Virus record (IMG/VR): IMGVR_UViG_3300043388_000007
Location: 4,034 to 68,033 of that record
DNA: 64,000 bases
Direction: 5' to 3' (one strand)
From: a virus
Taxonomy: Duplodnaviria; Caudoviricetes
Part shown: one piece after another, positions 1-8,577 of the stretch
Position numbering within the stretch: position 1 is the stretch's first letter
Layout: each line of letters starts with the position of its first letter
Notes under the pieces: generated by a model
Databases searched by the model: none
What the model was told of the DNA's origin: nothing
Seen by the model: only the letters and a program-made list of their open reading frames with translations
Translations under genes and position numbers: made by a program

Positions 1-15
1 CCAATCGGCCACGGC

Positions 16-435
16 TCACCAATCCTCGCCCGCTGTCACGCCGATGCCGTAGACGCCGTAGCGGTCCAGACGCTCAGCATCGGAGTCGTAGACCCCACGC
101 ACCATGCGCTGATACGGGAGTATCGAGACGAACGTGTCGAGATCCAAATACTCGATCCCGTCGTACGGCACCTCGACCAGCGAGAGGTAGACGGCGGCCC
201 GATCTGCGAAGTCCTGGTTGATGAACGTCACCAGGCTGATCTCGTAGGGGTAGCGCTCCTTGGTGACGATCAGGCGCTTGAGCGGTACCTCGTACCACAT
301 GATGTGATACTGAACGTCCTCGGTCTTGATGAACCGGCCCCGTGTGGTGCGATCCACCACGACGTTGGCCAGCACACCCTCGATGACGATGTACAGCCGC
401 TCTGGGTGGTGCTCTTGGAGATCACCGAACTGCAC
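16..435 (-). CDS. Hypothetical protein, possibly degenerate HAD-like
   Basis: 139-aa ORF overlapping the end of the DnaC-like gene; YIVIEGVLA weakly resembles HAD motif I. Confidence 0.55.
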   Translation of the reverse strand: MQFGDLQEHHPERLYIVIEGVLANVVVDRTTRGRFIKTEDVQYHIMWYEVPLKRLIVTKERYPYEISLVTFINQDFADRAAVYLSLVEVPYDGIEYLDLDTFVSILPYQRMVRGVYDSDAERLDRYGVYGIGVTAGEDW

Positions 436-1015
436 GGTCAGCCTTCACCATCACGAAGAGATCCTTGACCACCGGCTCCAGATGGGCCAGGTGCCTGGCC
501 TCCAACGACGTGGACACCACCGTCGCCAGACCGTGCTTGACCCTGCTCTCCAACCGGGGGAACAGGTGGCGCTCGATGAAGTTCATGTTCGTGGCGCCGA
601 TGTGCAGGTCATCGATCCACAGTAGATCGCAGTCCTTCCACAGCCGGTCGAGCCTCCGCTCCACCTCCAGGGCCTCGAACCAGGCAGCGTCGTCCTTGGG
701 GTTGATGCGCACCGTCTCGTCCCAGCCCTGGGCCACCAGGGCGACCGCTTCCTCGGTCGTCACGTAGTCCCAGGCGATGATGCCGTAGGTCGGCTGGTTC
801 ACCTTGCGTACGGCCTCTCTGACGGCCACAGAGGCCTCGTACGTGGTCCCACTGCGCCGGGAGCCATGAACCCACAGACCGACCTGCCTGTCGCCCCTAC
901 CGCCCTTGTCGTGCTGCTCCTGGAGAGCCGTCAGCCACAGGTGCACCAAACGCTGGCTCTCCGTCGAGATGTTCTCGTACGTGCCAGGTTCAGGTAGGGA
1001 CAACACTGCGCTCAC
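422..1015 (-). CDS. DnaC/IstB-like AAA+ helicase loader (degenerate Walker A)
   Basis: GLWVHGSRRSGTT (Walker A-like, no Lys), LLWIDDL (Walker B), ..RVKHGLATVVSTSL typical of IstB/DnaC C-terminus; directly downstream of an initiator-like gene. Confidence 0.7.
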   Translation of the reverse strand: MSAVLSLPEPGTYENISTESQRLVHLWLTALQEQHDKGGRGDRQVGLWVHGSRRSGTTYEASVAVREAVRKVNQPTYGIIAWDYVTTEEAVALVAQGWDETVRINPKDDAAWFEALEVERRLDRLWKDCDLLWIDDLHIGATNMNFIERHLFPRLESRVKHGLATVVSTSLEARHLAHLEPVVKDLFVMVKADRAVR

Positions 1016-1131
1016 TCCTTCTGCGTCTCACCGCTCCCCCAGGGGTTCTCCCAGGGACCTATGCATTCGGCGCACCGTGGCCCCTGGGGGAAGGAGTGAG
1101 GTTCAGACGGTATCGGCCAAGGGCCGGGTCG

Positions 1132-2043
1132 TCAAGCCTCCCAGGCGTTGTTGTCCCGACCCCACCACCCGGTGAAGCGCTTCCAGGCCGACTGCCCGGA
1201 CTTGATCAGCACCCGCTCGGATCTCACCGCAGCGATGAAGCCGTCGATGTAGTCGATCACCTCGTCGTAGGTGTACCGACGCCCGGCCTCGGGCCGGAGG
1301 AACACGGTGTTGACATACCCGATGAAGGCGCCCTTGGACTCCCACAGCCGGATGGTGTCGAACTGAGGTAGCTCGTCCACCAGATCGAGCCACCGCAGGG
1401 CGAAGTAGTTGGCCAAGCGACGACCGGGGTCGGGGTCCGTGGCCCGTGGTCGTCTCTTGGCGTAGCCACGCTCGTTGGCAGCAGCGATCAACTCACTCGC
1501 TGTCTTCTTTCCACCACGGCTCTTCTCCACCTCTCTCACGGTAACCGTGCGGGCCGCTCTGGCGGCCCGCACCACCCGTGGGTGAGAAGTCGAAGACTTC
1601 TCACCCGAAGGGTGCTTGCTTTCTGTAGTGGGGGATACGTGAGTATCCCCTACTACTTTGCAGGCCAAGTTGGCCGCATGTGGACCGGCCAAGTTGGCCG
1701 CATGTGCTGTCAACTCCATCGGCTCTACGTGCTGTTCGTTGATGAGATACCGGGAGGTCGATGACTTACTCCCACGGCTCCTGACTCCGGCGTCGTACCA
1801 CACCGTGAGCAAGCCCAACTCCACGGCCATAGCGGTGTATCTGCGGCAACTCCGCACGCTCATCCTGGCTTCCAGAGCCAGCCGCTCCTGGCCGGGGCAA
1901 GCGTTGGGGTAGCGCCGAGCGATGGCCCAGAGAACGTCCATGATCTGCTGCCACTGGTGCAGCGTCAGGTGCGGTGGCTTCTCCATCGCCTTGAGGACGG
2001 CGAAGACTTGCATCCTGGCCAACCTGCCGTTACCGTGAGTCAC
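1132..2043 (-). CDS. Helix-turn-helix replication initiator-like protein
   Basis: N-terminal winged HTH (CPGQERLALEARMSVRSCRRYTAMAVELGLLTV), low-complexity linker containing DNA repeats, adjacent to DnaC-like loader. Confidence 0.72.
   Translation of the reverse strand: MTHGNGRLARMQVFAVLKAMEKPPHLTLHQWQQIMDVLWAIARRYPNACPGQERLALEARMSVRSCRRYTAMAVELGLLTVWYDAGVRSRGSKSSTSRYLINEQHVEPMELTAHAANLAGPHAANLACKVVGDTHVSPTTESKHPSGEKSSTSHPRVVRAARAARTVTVREVEKSRGGKKTASELIAAANERGYAKRRPRATDPDPGRRLANYFALRWLDLVDELPQFDTIRLWESKGAFIGYVNTVFLRPEAGRRYTYDEVIDYIDGFIAAVRSERVLIKSGQSAWKRFTGWWGRDNNAWEA
1573..1706. repeat. Candidate replication origin: two hairpins plus two 20-bp iteron-like direct repeats
   Basis: 12-bp perfect IR gggtgagaagtc-gaa-gacttctcaccc (1580-1606); 14-bp IR with 1 mismatch (1625-1656); ggccaagttggccgcatgtg at 1663-1682 and 1687-1706. 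Confidence 0.65.
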
Positions 2044-2128
2044 GACTACTCCAATCCAGTTGTCAATGACGCCAGGCCTCCAATCACCGAAGCGTCACAC
2101 CTTCCTGGCGGAAGGTAGCAGAACGACA

Positions 2129-2156
2129 GAGGCCCCCCTCCTAGGAGGGGGGCCTC
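2129..2156. terminator. Perfect 28-bp palindrome, probable terminator
   Basis: gaggcccccctcctaggaggggggcctc, intergenic just after the stop of the 2166..2561 ORF. Confidence 0.7.
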
Positions 2157-2165
2157 GTCGCTTCT

Positions 2166-2561
2166 CTATGGTTCCCGCTGAACTTGGCCACCGTAGTGGT
2201 CGTGGTCGTGGTCGGTGTCCGTCCGGTGCTCGGGCTTCAACGTCCGCTCCATGAAGCGATCGATCGCCGCCGCCGCACCGTCACTCACGTCCCAGATGAC
2301 ACGCTCGGCCATCGCCACGATGACCAAGGCACCACCGACGTGGAACACCCGCAGGCCGACGTGGACCGTGGCGGCGAGACCACCGTGGGCCGACAGCAAC
2401 ACCATCCAGTGGGTGGTGGCCGCCGACCGCTTGGTCTTGCGCCGCCAGGTCATCGCCATGGCGCCGACGCTGAGCGCACCACCGAGAGCAACCACCTGCC
2501 AGACACCAGAGGTGGACTCGGCCGGGTCAGCAGGGGCGACCGAGAGCAGGGTGGGGATCAC
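2166..2561 (-). CDS. Predicted membrane protein
   Basis: Several hydrophobic segments; RBS ggag upstream; terminator downstream. Confidence 0.6.
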   Translation of the reverse strand: MIPTLLSVAPADPAESTSGVWQVVALGGALSVGAMAMTWRRKTKRSAATTHWMVLLSAHGGLAATVHVGLRVFHVGGALVIVAMAERVIWDVSDGAAAAIDRFMERTLKPEHRTDTDHDHDHYGGQVQREP

Positions 2562-2768
2562 GATGGAGTCCTTTCGTTCCGAGGGGCAAGTGGAAGGCCG
2601 TACGTTACTAGCAACCTAAGCAGTATCACAACCACTTTCGGCTGAAATACACCAGCCCGCAGACACAGACGTGCGTGTCGAGGTGATCAACGTCCAAACG
2701 ACAGACGTGCTCGACCACCGTGCTCTGTGGTACGTCAAGCCGTGGCGCATACCACCGGTAGAGGCACT

Positions 2769-2987
2769 TCAATCGGAAGGCTCACTCGGCGGTAACACTC
2801 TGAGGCTCACTCTAGTCGGGTGGTAGGGCACCGAGGCAATGATGATTTCGATCACGTCGGTGTAGTTGCCCTGATCGTCGGTCACGATCTCGGCCACGAA
2901 GCCAGCCTCCAGCAACCGGCCCTGCAACATGCCCATGTGCATGGCGTGCTCGAAGCTCGTGAAGTAGGGCGACAGTTCCTCAGGCAT
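2769..2987 (-). CDS. Hypothetical protein (72 aa, MPEELSPYF...)
   Basis: ATG at 2987 overlapping the end of the upstream gene; phage-like codon usage. Confidence 0.6.
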   Translation of the reverse strand: MPEELSPYFTSFEHAMHMGMLQGRLLEAGFVAEIVTDDQGNYTDVIEIIIASVPYHPTRVSLRVLPPSEPSD

Positions 2988-3273
2988 GTGATACCTGGCT
3001 ATCGTCCACCCACTCGATGATTCCCATGGCCTCGGCCAGCCGAATGGTCGTCGTTGGGTGGTTGTCATAGAAGCCACGGCAGATCGGCTCGACCTTCTCA
3101 CCACTGTGCAGGTGAGAGTGACAAGGGATGCAGGCCTCGTTCTTGAGAGCACCGGCCACCATCCGGTCACGACGCCCCTCTTCCAGGTGCATCAGGTTGC
3201 CGGGCCGGAAGATGCAGGTAGCACACATGCGCTTGCGCACGTGCACTTTGCCGTTCACGAATGTCTTACTCAC
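2980..3273 (-). CDS. Cys/His-rich putative metal-binding protein
   Basis: CATC...CIPCHSH...ICRGF; GTG start overlapping the upstream stop. Confidence 0.65.
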   Translation of the reverse strand: MSKTFVNGKVHVRKRMCATCIFRPGNLMHLEEGRRDRMVAGALKNEACIPCHSHLHSGEKVEPICRGFYDNHPTTTIRLAEAMGIIEWVDDSQVSHA

Positions 3274-3581
3274 AAGTACTCCCGCATCCACAGCAGCATG
3301 ATCTTGTTGAGGTCCTGCCACACACCGGGGTGAGTCTTGGTCGGCCGCTGCACCCATTGCGAGATCTTCACGACGTAGCTCACGGCGTGCGGCCGGATGG
3401 TGCCGCCGCAGTTCTGCGCCCAACGATCAGCCACCGCCTTGTCGGAGAAGCGGAGTTCGAGGTAGGCGCCGAAGTTGTACAGCGATACCGCATTCGAGAG
3501 CACTGGCGAGAAACGGACGTACTGTGGGGTGATCGCCATGTCAACGGCTCGGGTGAGACTGGTCTGTCGTGGTGAGGTCAT
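3270..3581 (-). CDS. Hypothetical protein
   Basis: 103-aa ORF, translationally coupled on both sides. Confidence 0.55.
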   Translation of the reverse strand: MTSPRQTSLTRAVDMAITPQYVRFSPVLSNAVSLYNFGAYLELRFSDKAVADRWAQNCGGTIRPHAVSYVVKISQWVQRPTKTHPGVWQDLNKIMLLWMREYL

Positions 3582-3745
3582 GGCGCTCCCTCTCCCTCAG
3601 CCAGCACAGTGCCGTCAGGGGCGACGTGCTTCCAGGTCCACACGTGGTTATGACAACGCCACTCCATCGTGGAGCCATCGTCATTGCGCATCCACACGTG
3701 CGGCATCTGCTGGAACAACTCTTCCTTGCTCGGCTCAGTCGTCAT
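3578..3745 (-). CDS. Hypothetical protein (55 aa, MTTEPSKEELFQQMPHVW...)
   Basis: Read manually; ATGA overlap with the downstream gene. Confidence 0.5.
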   Translation of the reverse strand: MTTEPSKEELFQQMPHVWMRNDDGSTMEWRCHNHVWTWKHVAPDGTVLAEGEGAP

Positions 3746-3854
3746 CGCTGTAGTCCTCAGGGTCGCTCTTGCCGCCCTGCTCCAGCCAGGCTCCGATGCC
3801 GAAGAAGGCGAACAGGAACAGGGCGATGATGATGGCGTCCCCCAGGTCTCTCAT
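3735..3854 (-). CDS. Small single-TM peptide (39 aa, MRDLGDAIIIALFLFAFFGIGAWLEQ...DDD)
   Basis: Read manually; ATGA-coupled to the upstream peptide; one hydrophobic helix and an acidic tail. Confidence 0.5.
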   Translation of the reverse strand: MRDLGDAIIIALFLFAFFGIGAWLEQGGKSDPEDYSDDD

Positions 3855-3946
3855 GGCTTCCGTCTGATGTTGCGCCAGTTGAAGATGACAAGGAAGACGA
3901 GACAGCCGAGGATGACGAATCCGAGAGTGATGTACTCACCGGTCAT
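3851..3946 (-). CDS. Small single-TM peptide (31 aa, MTGEYITLGFVILGCLVFLVIFNWRNIRRKP)
   Basis: ATGA-coupled to the acyltransferase stop; one TM helix and a basic tail. Confidence 0.55.
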   Translation of the reverse strand: MTGEYITLGFVILGCLVFLVIFNWRNIRRKP

Positions 3947-5061
3947 CGGACCACAGCCACCGCCGTCGCCACCGGCACCACGTCGTTGCGGCGCTGGTAG
4001 CGCACGGCCGCTCGGCGCACCGGGATCTCCACCAGGTAGTAGGAGGCCGTCGCTGCGGCGAAGGTCAGCACCAAGGCGATCAGGGAACGCTGGAGCAGGG
4101 TCAGGTCGGTCTTGTTGTGCAGCGCCACGTAGAAGGGCACGTGCCACAGGTAGAGACCGTAGGAGATCCGGCCGACCCACACGATGGGGGCGACGCTGAC
4201 CGCCTTGGCCAGCACACCAGGCTGGAGCGCACGTGCGATGAGCAGGCAGAACAGCCCGGCGACGATGAGATACCCGCCTCGGTAGTAGAACGAACTGGTC
4301 CAGGGGAGAGTGATCAGCAGGACCGCCAACCCAGCCAGCACGGCCAGGATGGAGCGCCGGGACAAGCGTCCGATCCAGTTGGCGTGCAGAGCCTCACCGC
4401 CGATCGGCAGCACCGTCGCCAGGAGGCAGCCGGACATGATCATGACGGCGCCATGAGCGTCGGTGGAGGGGTATAGCACCGGAGCGCTGACACCGAGCAG
4501 CGAGCGGGTGCCCATCTCCAAGGCTGAGAAGGCGACCACGATGGCCGCACCGATGCGCACTCCACGCACGCCCTTCCAGCGGTGGAGCAGGACCAGGCCG
4601 AGCGGCCAGAGAATGTAGAACTGTTCCTCGACCGACAGCGACCAGGTGTGGTTGAGCACCGAACTGATGTTGAAGGCGATGGCCCAATTGGTGGTGTAGC
4701 TGAGGGCGGCGCCCACGCTGAACACCGAACTCTTCAAGCTTCCCAGCGCTCGCACGGTGGCGCCGTCAACGAGGATCACGAAGCACACCAGCATCAACGC
4801 TGGCAGCAACCGGGCCGCACGCCGCAGGTAGAAGCCCTTCACGTCGTTACCGCCGTTTCGGGTGCGCTCTTCGAGCAGCAGCCTGGTGATCAGGAAGCCG
4901 CTCAGCACGAAGAACAGATCGACGCCGAGGAAGCCCCCGGCGAAGAACTTCGGTGCGTCTCCGTAGTGCAGGACGATCACCGCCATCACCGCAAAGGCCC
5001 GCAGGCCATCCAGGGCTGGCCGGTAGCCGAGCCTCCCTGTGTATTCCGCCGCCGTGTTCAC
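3943..5061 (-). CDS. Acyltransferase-3 family O-acyltransferase (OafA/OatA membrane domain)
   Basis: YRPALDGLRAFAV, GGFLGVDLFFVLSGFLIT, FYLRRAARLLP, HTWSLSVEEQFY, WVGRISYGLYLWH, SYYLVEIP; about 10 TM helices; no SGNH domain. Confidence 0.93.
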   Translation of the reverse strand: MNTAAEYTGRLGYRPALDGLRAFAVMAVIVLHYGDAPKFFAGGFLGVDLFFVLSGFLITRLLLEERTRNGGNDVKGFYLRRAARLLPALMLVCFVILVDGATVRALGSLKSSVFSVGAALSYTTNWAIAFNISSVLNHTWSLSVEEQFYILWPLGLVLLHRWKGVRGVRIGAAIVVAFSALEMGTRSLLGVSAPVLYPSTDAHGAVMIMSGCLLATVLPIGGEALHANWIGRLSRRSILAVLAGLAVLLITLPWTSSFYYRGGYLIVAGLFCLLIARALQPGVLAKAVSVAPIVWVGRISYGLYLWHVPFYVALHNKTDLTLLQRSLIALVLTFAAATASYYLVEIPVRRAAVRYQRRNDVVPVATAVAVVR

Positions 5062-5064
5062 GTC

Positions 5065-5301
5065 CTAATGTCCTTTCGGGAGAGGCATCGTACGCTCGAC
5101 GTGCTCGGCCAGCGCATGGGCTTCGAGGTGTTGGGCCACCAGTGTGGCGATCAGAGCGATGTCGGCAGCCAGTGCGGTCACCGGTCGCAGTGGCCCTTGG
5201 ACCGCATACGTTTCGATCTCATACTGAACCTGGGCCTCCAACTCGGCAGCCTTGCCCCGGAGCAGTCGTGCCGCCTGGTCGGGTTTCATTATGTCACTCA
5301 T
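5065..5301 (-). CDS. Hypothetical protein, paralog of 5528..5812
   Basis: PDQAARLL..AAELEAQ...ADIALIATLVA. Confidence 0.65.
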   Translation of the reverse strand: MSDIMKPDQAARLLRGKAAELEAQVQYEIETYAVQGPLRPVTALAADIALIATLVAQHLEAHALAEHVERTMPLPKGH

Positions 5302-5531
5302 GATGTCTTTCTCTCTGGCTTGAACCTGATCCATGCTACGCCGTTGATGCACAACCAGATGCGTCCGTCGTAAGATACTTGGAGACCTACGTCACAGTCG
5401 GTCAGGTCCATGTCCTTGATGATCTCGGCGTTCTCGATGCTGAGACGACCGTGGTGGTGGGTCTCGGGAAACTCATGGGTGAACACCGGCTGCGTCACCG
5501 TCTCTCGGTAGTCGTCGGGGAAGTCGGTCAT
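5298..5531 (-). CDS. Hypothetical protein
   Basis: 77-aa coupled ORF (DVGLQVSYDGRIWLCINGVAWIRF). Confidence 0.65.
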   Translation of the reverse strand: MTDFPDDYRETVTQPVFTHEFPETHHHGRLSIENAEIIKDMDLTDCDVGLQVSYDGRIWLCINGVAWIRFKPERKTS

Positions 5532-5812
5532 TCGGGTCGGCCCTCCTGGAAGCCCTCCATGAACGCCTTCTTCTCGGACAGGTCCACAGCCATCCCCTTC
5601 TGCTCAGCATCGATGCGCCATACCTCTGCCTGCAAGCGGTCGAGGCGCTCGATGTAGTCAGCCAGCAGTGTGGCGATGAGGGCCACGTCGGCAAAGAGGA
5701 AGGAGATGAAGCTGATCGAGGGATCGAGTTGGATCTCCGACTGCTGCTCCAACTTGGCCGCCAAGGTGTGCAGCAGACGCATCGCCTGTTCTGGTGTCAG
5801 TTCAGCCATCAC
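5528..5812 (-). CDS. Hypothetical protein, paralog of 5065..5301
   Basis: PEQAMRLL..AAKLEQQ...ADVALIATLLA. Confidence 0.65.
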   Translation of the reverse strand: MMAELTPEQAMRLLHTLAAKLEQQSEIQLDPSISFISFLFADVALIATLLADYIERLDRLQAEVWRIDAEQKGMAVDLSEKKAFMEGFQEGRPE

Positions 5813-6108
5813 TCCGTCTCCTTGTAGGCCCGGTAGCGGGCCATCACGTCCACCACTGCGGGCACTTCGGTATCTTCCTCCCAGATGAACCTGCCGTTGG
5901 TGGTATTGAAGTTCTCACGCAGCACCTCAGCCAGGTCGTCCATCAACTGCTCGATCACCGGGTTGCGGCAGCCGTCGCAGGCCGCTGCGATACGGGGGTA
6001 GCAGTACTCATGGCAGTCGAAGCACCAGGCCCGGTGAGAGCCGAGCGTGCGGTGCTCGCCGCACTCACGTGGTTCGTGGCCCTCGAAGAGGTCCTTGGTC
6101 TCAGTCAT
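5809..6108 (-). CDS. Zinc-binding hypothetical protein
   Basis: CGEH..CFDC.EYC...CDGC; C-terminus shared with 7630..7860. Confidence 0.65.
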   Translation of the reverse strand: MTETKDLFEGHEPRECGEHRTLGSHRAWCFDCHEYCYPRIAAACDGCRNPVIEQLMDDLAEVLRENFNTTNGRFIWEEDTEVPAVVDVMARYRAYKETE

Positions 6109-6192
6109 ACGTCCTCGACCAAGGTGAAGAGCGGCCAGGCCACCCGGCGATCAACCGTCGTATCCGCTTCATTGCTCGTTTCCACCGTTTCA

Positions 6193-6606
6193 TCACTCAC
6201 TCTTCTTATCACCAAGTGTGATACCGACGTATGGCATGCCTCCAGGGAGGGCCGACCACATGTCCTTGGGGGCCAGCCACTTGGCCAGGCCCATGCCGAT
6301 ACCCAGGCAGAACAGCATCTCCATGCACCAGTGCTCACCGGTCCACTGGACCTCGTTGCGGTCATAGCAGGCATTCAGGAATGACCAGCCGCCGCCGACC
6401 TCCACCCGGAAGGCGTCGGGGAGCAGAGCGAGCATCCCCCGAACCTCGGCGTGGTGCTCGATCAGCTTGTCGGGCCGGAAGGCGTAGGTGTGGAGGATGC
6501 CCTCAACGAACACCGTGTTGATAGGAAGTGTCTCGCCTTCCGGTGTCTCAACGAGACAGTCGCCCACGATGTCACGCACCCGCTGAGAGTCGATGGTGTC
6601 AGTCAC
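6193..6606 (-). CDS. Conserved-looking hypothetical protein
   Basis: GGGWSFLNAC.DRNEVQWTGEH..MEMLFCLGIG...LPGGMPY; compact globular composition. Confidence 0.7.
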   Translation of the reverse strand: MTDTIDSQRVRDIVGDCLVETPEGETLPINTVFVEGILHTYAFRPDKLIEHHAEVRGMLALLPDAFRVEVGGGWSFLNACYDRNEVQWTGEHWCMEMLFCLGIGMGLAKWLAPKDMWSALPGGMPYVGITLGDKKSE

Positions 6607-6832
6607 CAGCCCGCTCCTGGAGATCGGCCAACACCTGGGAGTCCTCGGGCGTCATCCCGATGCTGACCCGGTAGAGCACGGCCATCATGTCGGTCTGCCA
6701 CTGCTTCAACGTCTCGATCTCGTCGGCAGCTTCACGGAGCGCCGACGACCAGTCGTAGGTGGGTGGGTTGACGCTGTACCAGTCGCCAGCGTCGATCTCG
6801 TTGGCGGTTTCCCGCAGGTCGTCGGGGATCAT
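6599..6832 (-). CDS. Hypothetical protein (MIPDDLRETANEI...)
   Basis: TGATG overlap with the upstream gene. Confidence 0.6.
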   Translation of the reverse strand: MIPDDLRETANEIDAGDWYSVNPPTYDWSSALREAADEIETLKQWQTDMMAVLYRVSIGMTPEDSQVLADLQERAGD

Positions 6833-7119
6833 CAGAAGTCCTCGTTCGGGTCGTCGGACTGCACGAACACCGGGCGCCAGTTCTCGGGCAGGCAGTTCGG
6901 ATCGTCCTGGTAGTAGTCGGCCTCTTTCTGATGGACAGCGCCGTGAACGTCGCACCACACGTAGTTGCGGGCTTTGACCTTGTAGTGGCCGTCGTCGGGC
7001 GTGCCCTCGGGAACATCGAGCGAGCCTTCGGCGGCGAGCCGGATCAGCAGCGACTCGATACGCCTGGATCGATCGATGTGCAGCCGGTTGGCGAGGCGTC
7101 GTGATTGGTAGGGGTTCAC
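6832..7119 (-). CDS. Hypothetical protein
   Basis: GTG start overlapping the upstream stop; WCDVHGAVH motif. Confidence 0.6.
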   Translation of the reverse strand: MNPYQSRRLANRLHIDRSRRIESLLIRLAAEGSLDVPEGTPDDGHYKVKARNYVWCDVHGAVHQKEADYYQDDPNCLPENWRPVFVQSDDPNEDF

Positions 7120-7358
7120 GGCCACACCTTCGTCCAGCCCTCGCCCCATCCGTAGTCGCTGAGGACGCCGTAGTGGGGATCGTGGTTCTGTTTCCCATCT
7201 ACCGTGATGCCGGTAGCGAAGAAACCGGCGCAGATGATCTGGTTGCCGTTGACACCGACCCACTCGACCGTCAGATCGTTGCGATCTTCGTGATCAACGA
7301 GCAGGGGGTTTGCGTGACGGATGATGTCACCGATCTTGGGCGTGTACCTGTCGCTCAC
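7116..7358 (-). CDS. Hypothetical protein
   Basis: 80-aa coupled ORF. Confidence 0.6.
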   Translation of the reverse strand: MSDRYTPKIGDIIRHANPLLVDHEDRNDLTVEWVGVNGNQIICAGFFATGITVDGKQNHDPHYGVLSDYGWGEGWTKVWP

Positions 7359-7633
7359 CGCTGCACTTCCTCGCTCTTGCTGTAGACGTGCCAGACGAAC
7401 GGGCCGCAGACGGCTGATCCGACGTGGCTCACGCCTTCGGGTATGGCATGACCGGTGCCGAACACTGCAAGCGTGAGCAGCGTGTTAGGGGCCAGGTCGA
7501 GGTCCTGCTCGATCCACACTGTGGGGAGCGCCCCCGACTGCTGGGCGATCAGGACGATCTGAGGGTTGCACAGCGTCAGTTGCAGGCAGGTCCTCGTGTC
7601 GAAGTCGTACTTGTAGATGGTGCGGCTGATCAA
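7355..7633 (-). CDS. Conserved phage hypothetical protein
   Basis: TIYKY...PTVWIE...VFGTGH..P....HVGSA..GPFVWHVY pattern recalled from widespread phage small proteins. Confidence 0.7.
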   Translation of the reverse strand: MISRTIYKYDFDTRTCLQLTLCNPQIVLIAQQSGALPTVWIEQDLDLAPNTLLTLAVFGTGHAIPEGVSHVGSAVCGPFVWHVYSKSEEVQR

Positions 7634-7860
7634 TTGTCATACTCCTGTGGGAAGTCCTCTGCACGTGGCTCGGGATCGGGGTGTTCCTTGTAGGCCCGAT
7701 ACCGGGCCATCACACGCACGACTTCGGGCTGACGTGATAGGTCGATACCGATCACGCTCTCCCAGCCGACAACGGTGCGGCTGAGTACGGTGGCCAGGTC
7801 ATCGATGAGCGCTATCTCAATAGGCTCATCGTTCCAGCCTCGGGGCAGTAAGTCACTCAC
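7630..7860 (-). CDS. Hypothetical protein sharing a domain with 5809..6108
   Basis: LIDDLATVL...PEVVRVMARYRAYKE. Confidence 0.65.
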   Translation of the reverse strand: MSDLLPRGWNDEPIEIALIDDLATVLSRTVVGWESVIGIDLSRQPEVVRVMARYRAYKEHPDPEPRAEDFPQEYDN

Positions 7861-8033
7861 GGCTGGCTCGGATACTTGGCGACCATCTGATCGGTGACCT
7901 CATCCCGCTGCTCGTCGGTCAGCCTGCGGCCGTCAGTCGTGACGACCTCGGCGCAGGTGACACCGGAACACATCAAGTAGCCGTAGAACGGTATCGAGAA
8001 GTCGTGCTCATGCCAGGGGATCAGGATCAGCAT
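7857..8033 (-). CDS. Hypothetical protein
   Basis: 58-aa coupled ORF with HxH and CxxxxC. Confidence 0.5.
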   Translation of the reverse strand: MLILIPWHEHDFSIPFYGYLMCSGVTCAEVVTTDGRRLTDEQRDEVTDQMVAKYPSQP

Positions 8034-8335
8034 CACTTCACCGGCACCGGATGAGTGCGGCAGCCATAGTCGGCAAACACGTCGCCGCCCTTCCACTCGT
8101 ACTGACCGGTGTGCTCACCGAACAGCGTGGCGTAGTGCCATTCGTGCGGCCCCTTGGCCTCGCACTTGGAGCGGGACTGGTGACCGGGGCCGTGGTAGAT
8201 CTTGACCTCGCACGGCTTGTTCAGGTCGAGCATCTGCTGAGCGAAGGCGGGCCAATCGGTGGTGCCGTCCTCGTTGGCCGGAATCTCGGGCAGTCCGAGG
8301 ATCTTGGCGATGGTGTCCTTCGGATCGTCGCTCAC
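8033..8335 (-). CDS. Hypothetical protein
   Basis: GTG start overlapping the upstream stop; Cys/His cluster. Confidence 0.6.
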   Translation of the reverse strand: MSDDPKDTIAKILGLPEIPANEDGTTDWPAFAQQMLDLNKPCEVKIYHGPGHQSRSKCEAKGPHEWHYATLFGEHTGQYEWKGGDVFADYGCRTHPVPVK

Positions 8336-8577
8336 GACTCCACCTGCTTGCCCTTGATGACGACGGTCTTGCGGCAGAGGACGAAGCCCATCGACTCCAG
8401 GCCCCACATGCAGTAGGCCAGAGCATCTGACCAAGCGCCGTCGTTGCTCTCGCTGATCGCCCTCCACAAGGTGGCGCTGGATGGCGCCTCCGATCCCTTG
8501 CGTAGCCCGGTATGGACGCCCTCACCGATCAGTTCGGCGGCAACGTCCTTGTCCACCTGCTCATATCTCACAGCCAT
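8332..8577 (-). CDS. Hypothetical protein
   Basis: 81-aa coupled ORF. Confidence 0.6.
   Translation of the reverse strand: MAVRYEQVDKDVAAELIGEGVHTGLRKGSEAPSSATLWRAISESNDGAWSDALAYCMWGLESMGFVLCRKTVVIKGKQVES

Noticed and set aside
1036-1090. 10-bp inverted repeat cccccagggg/cccctggggg between initiator and loader genes
   Set aside because: Low-complexity G/C runs with a 35-nt spacer; insufficient evidence of function
2665-2826. 10-bp repeat acagacgtgc (2665, 2701) and a 51-codon plus-strand ORF
   Set aside because: Only two short copies; the ORF lacks an RBS and overlaps a minus-strand gene end
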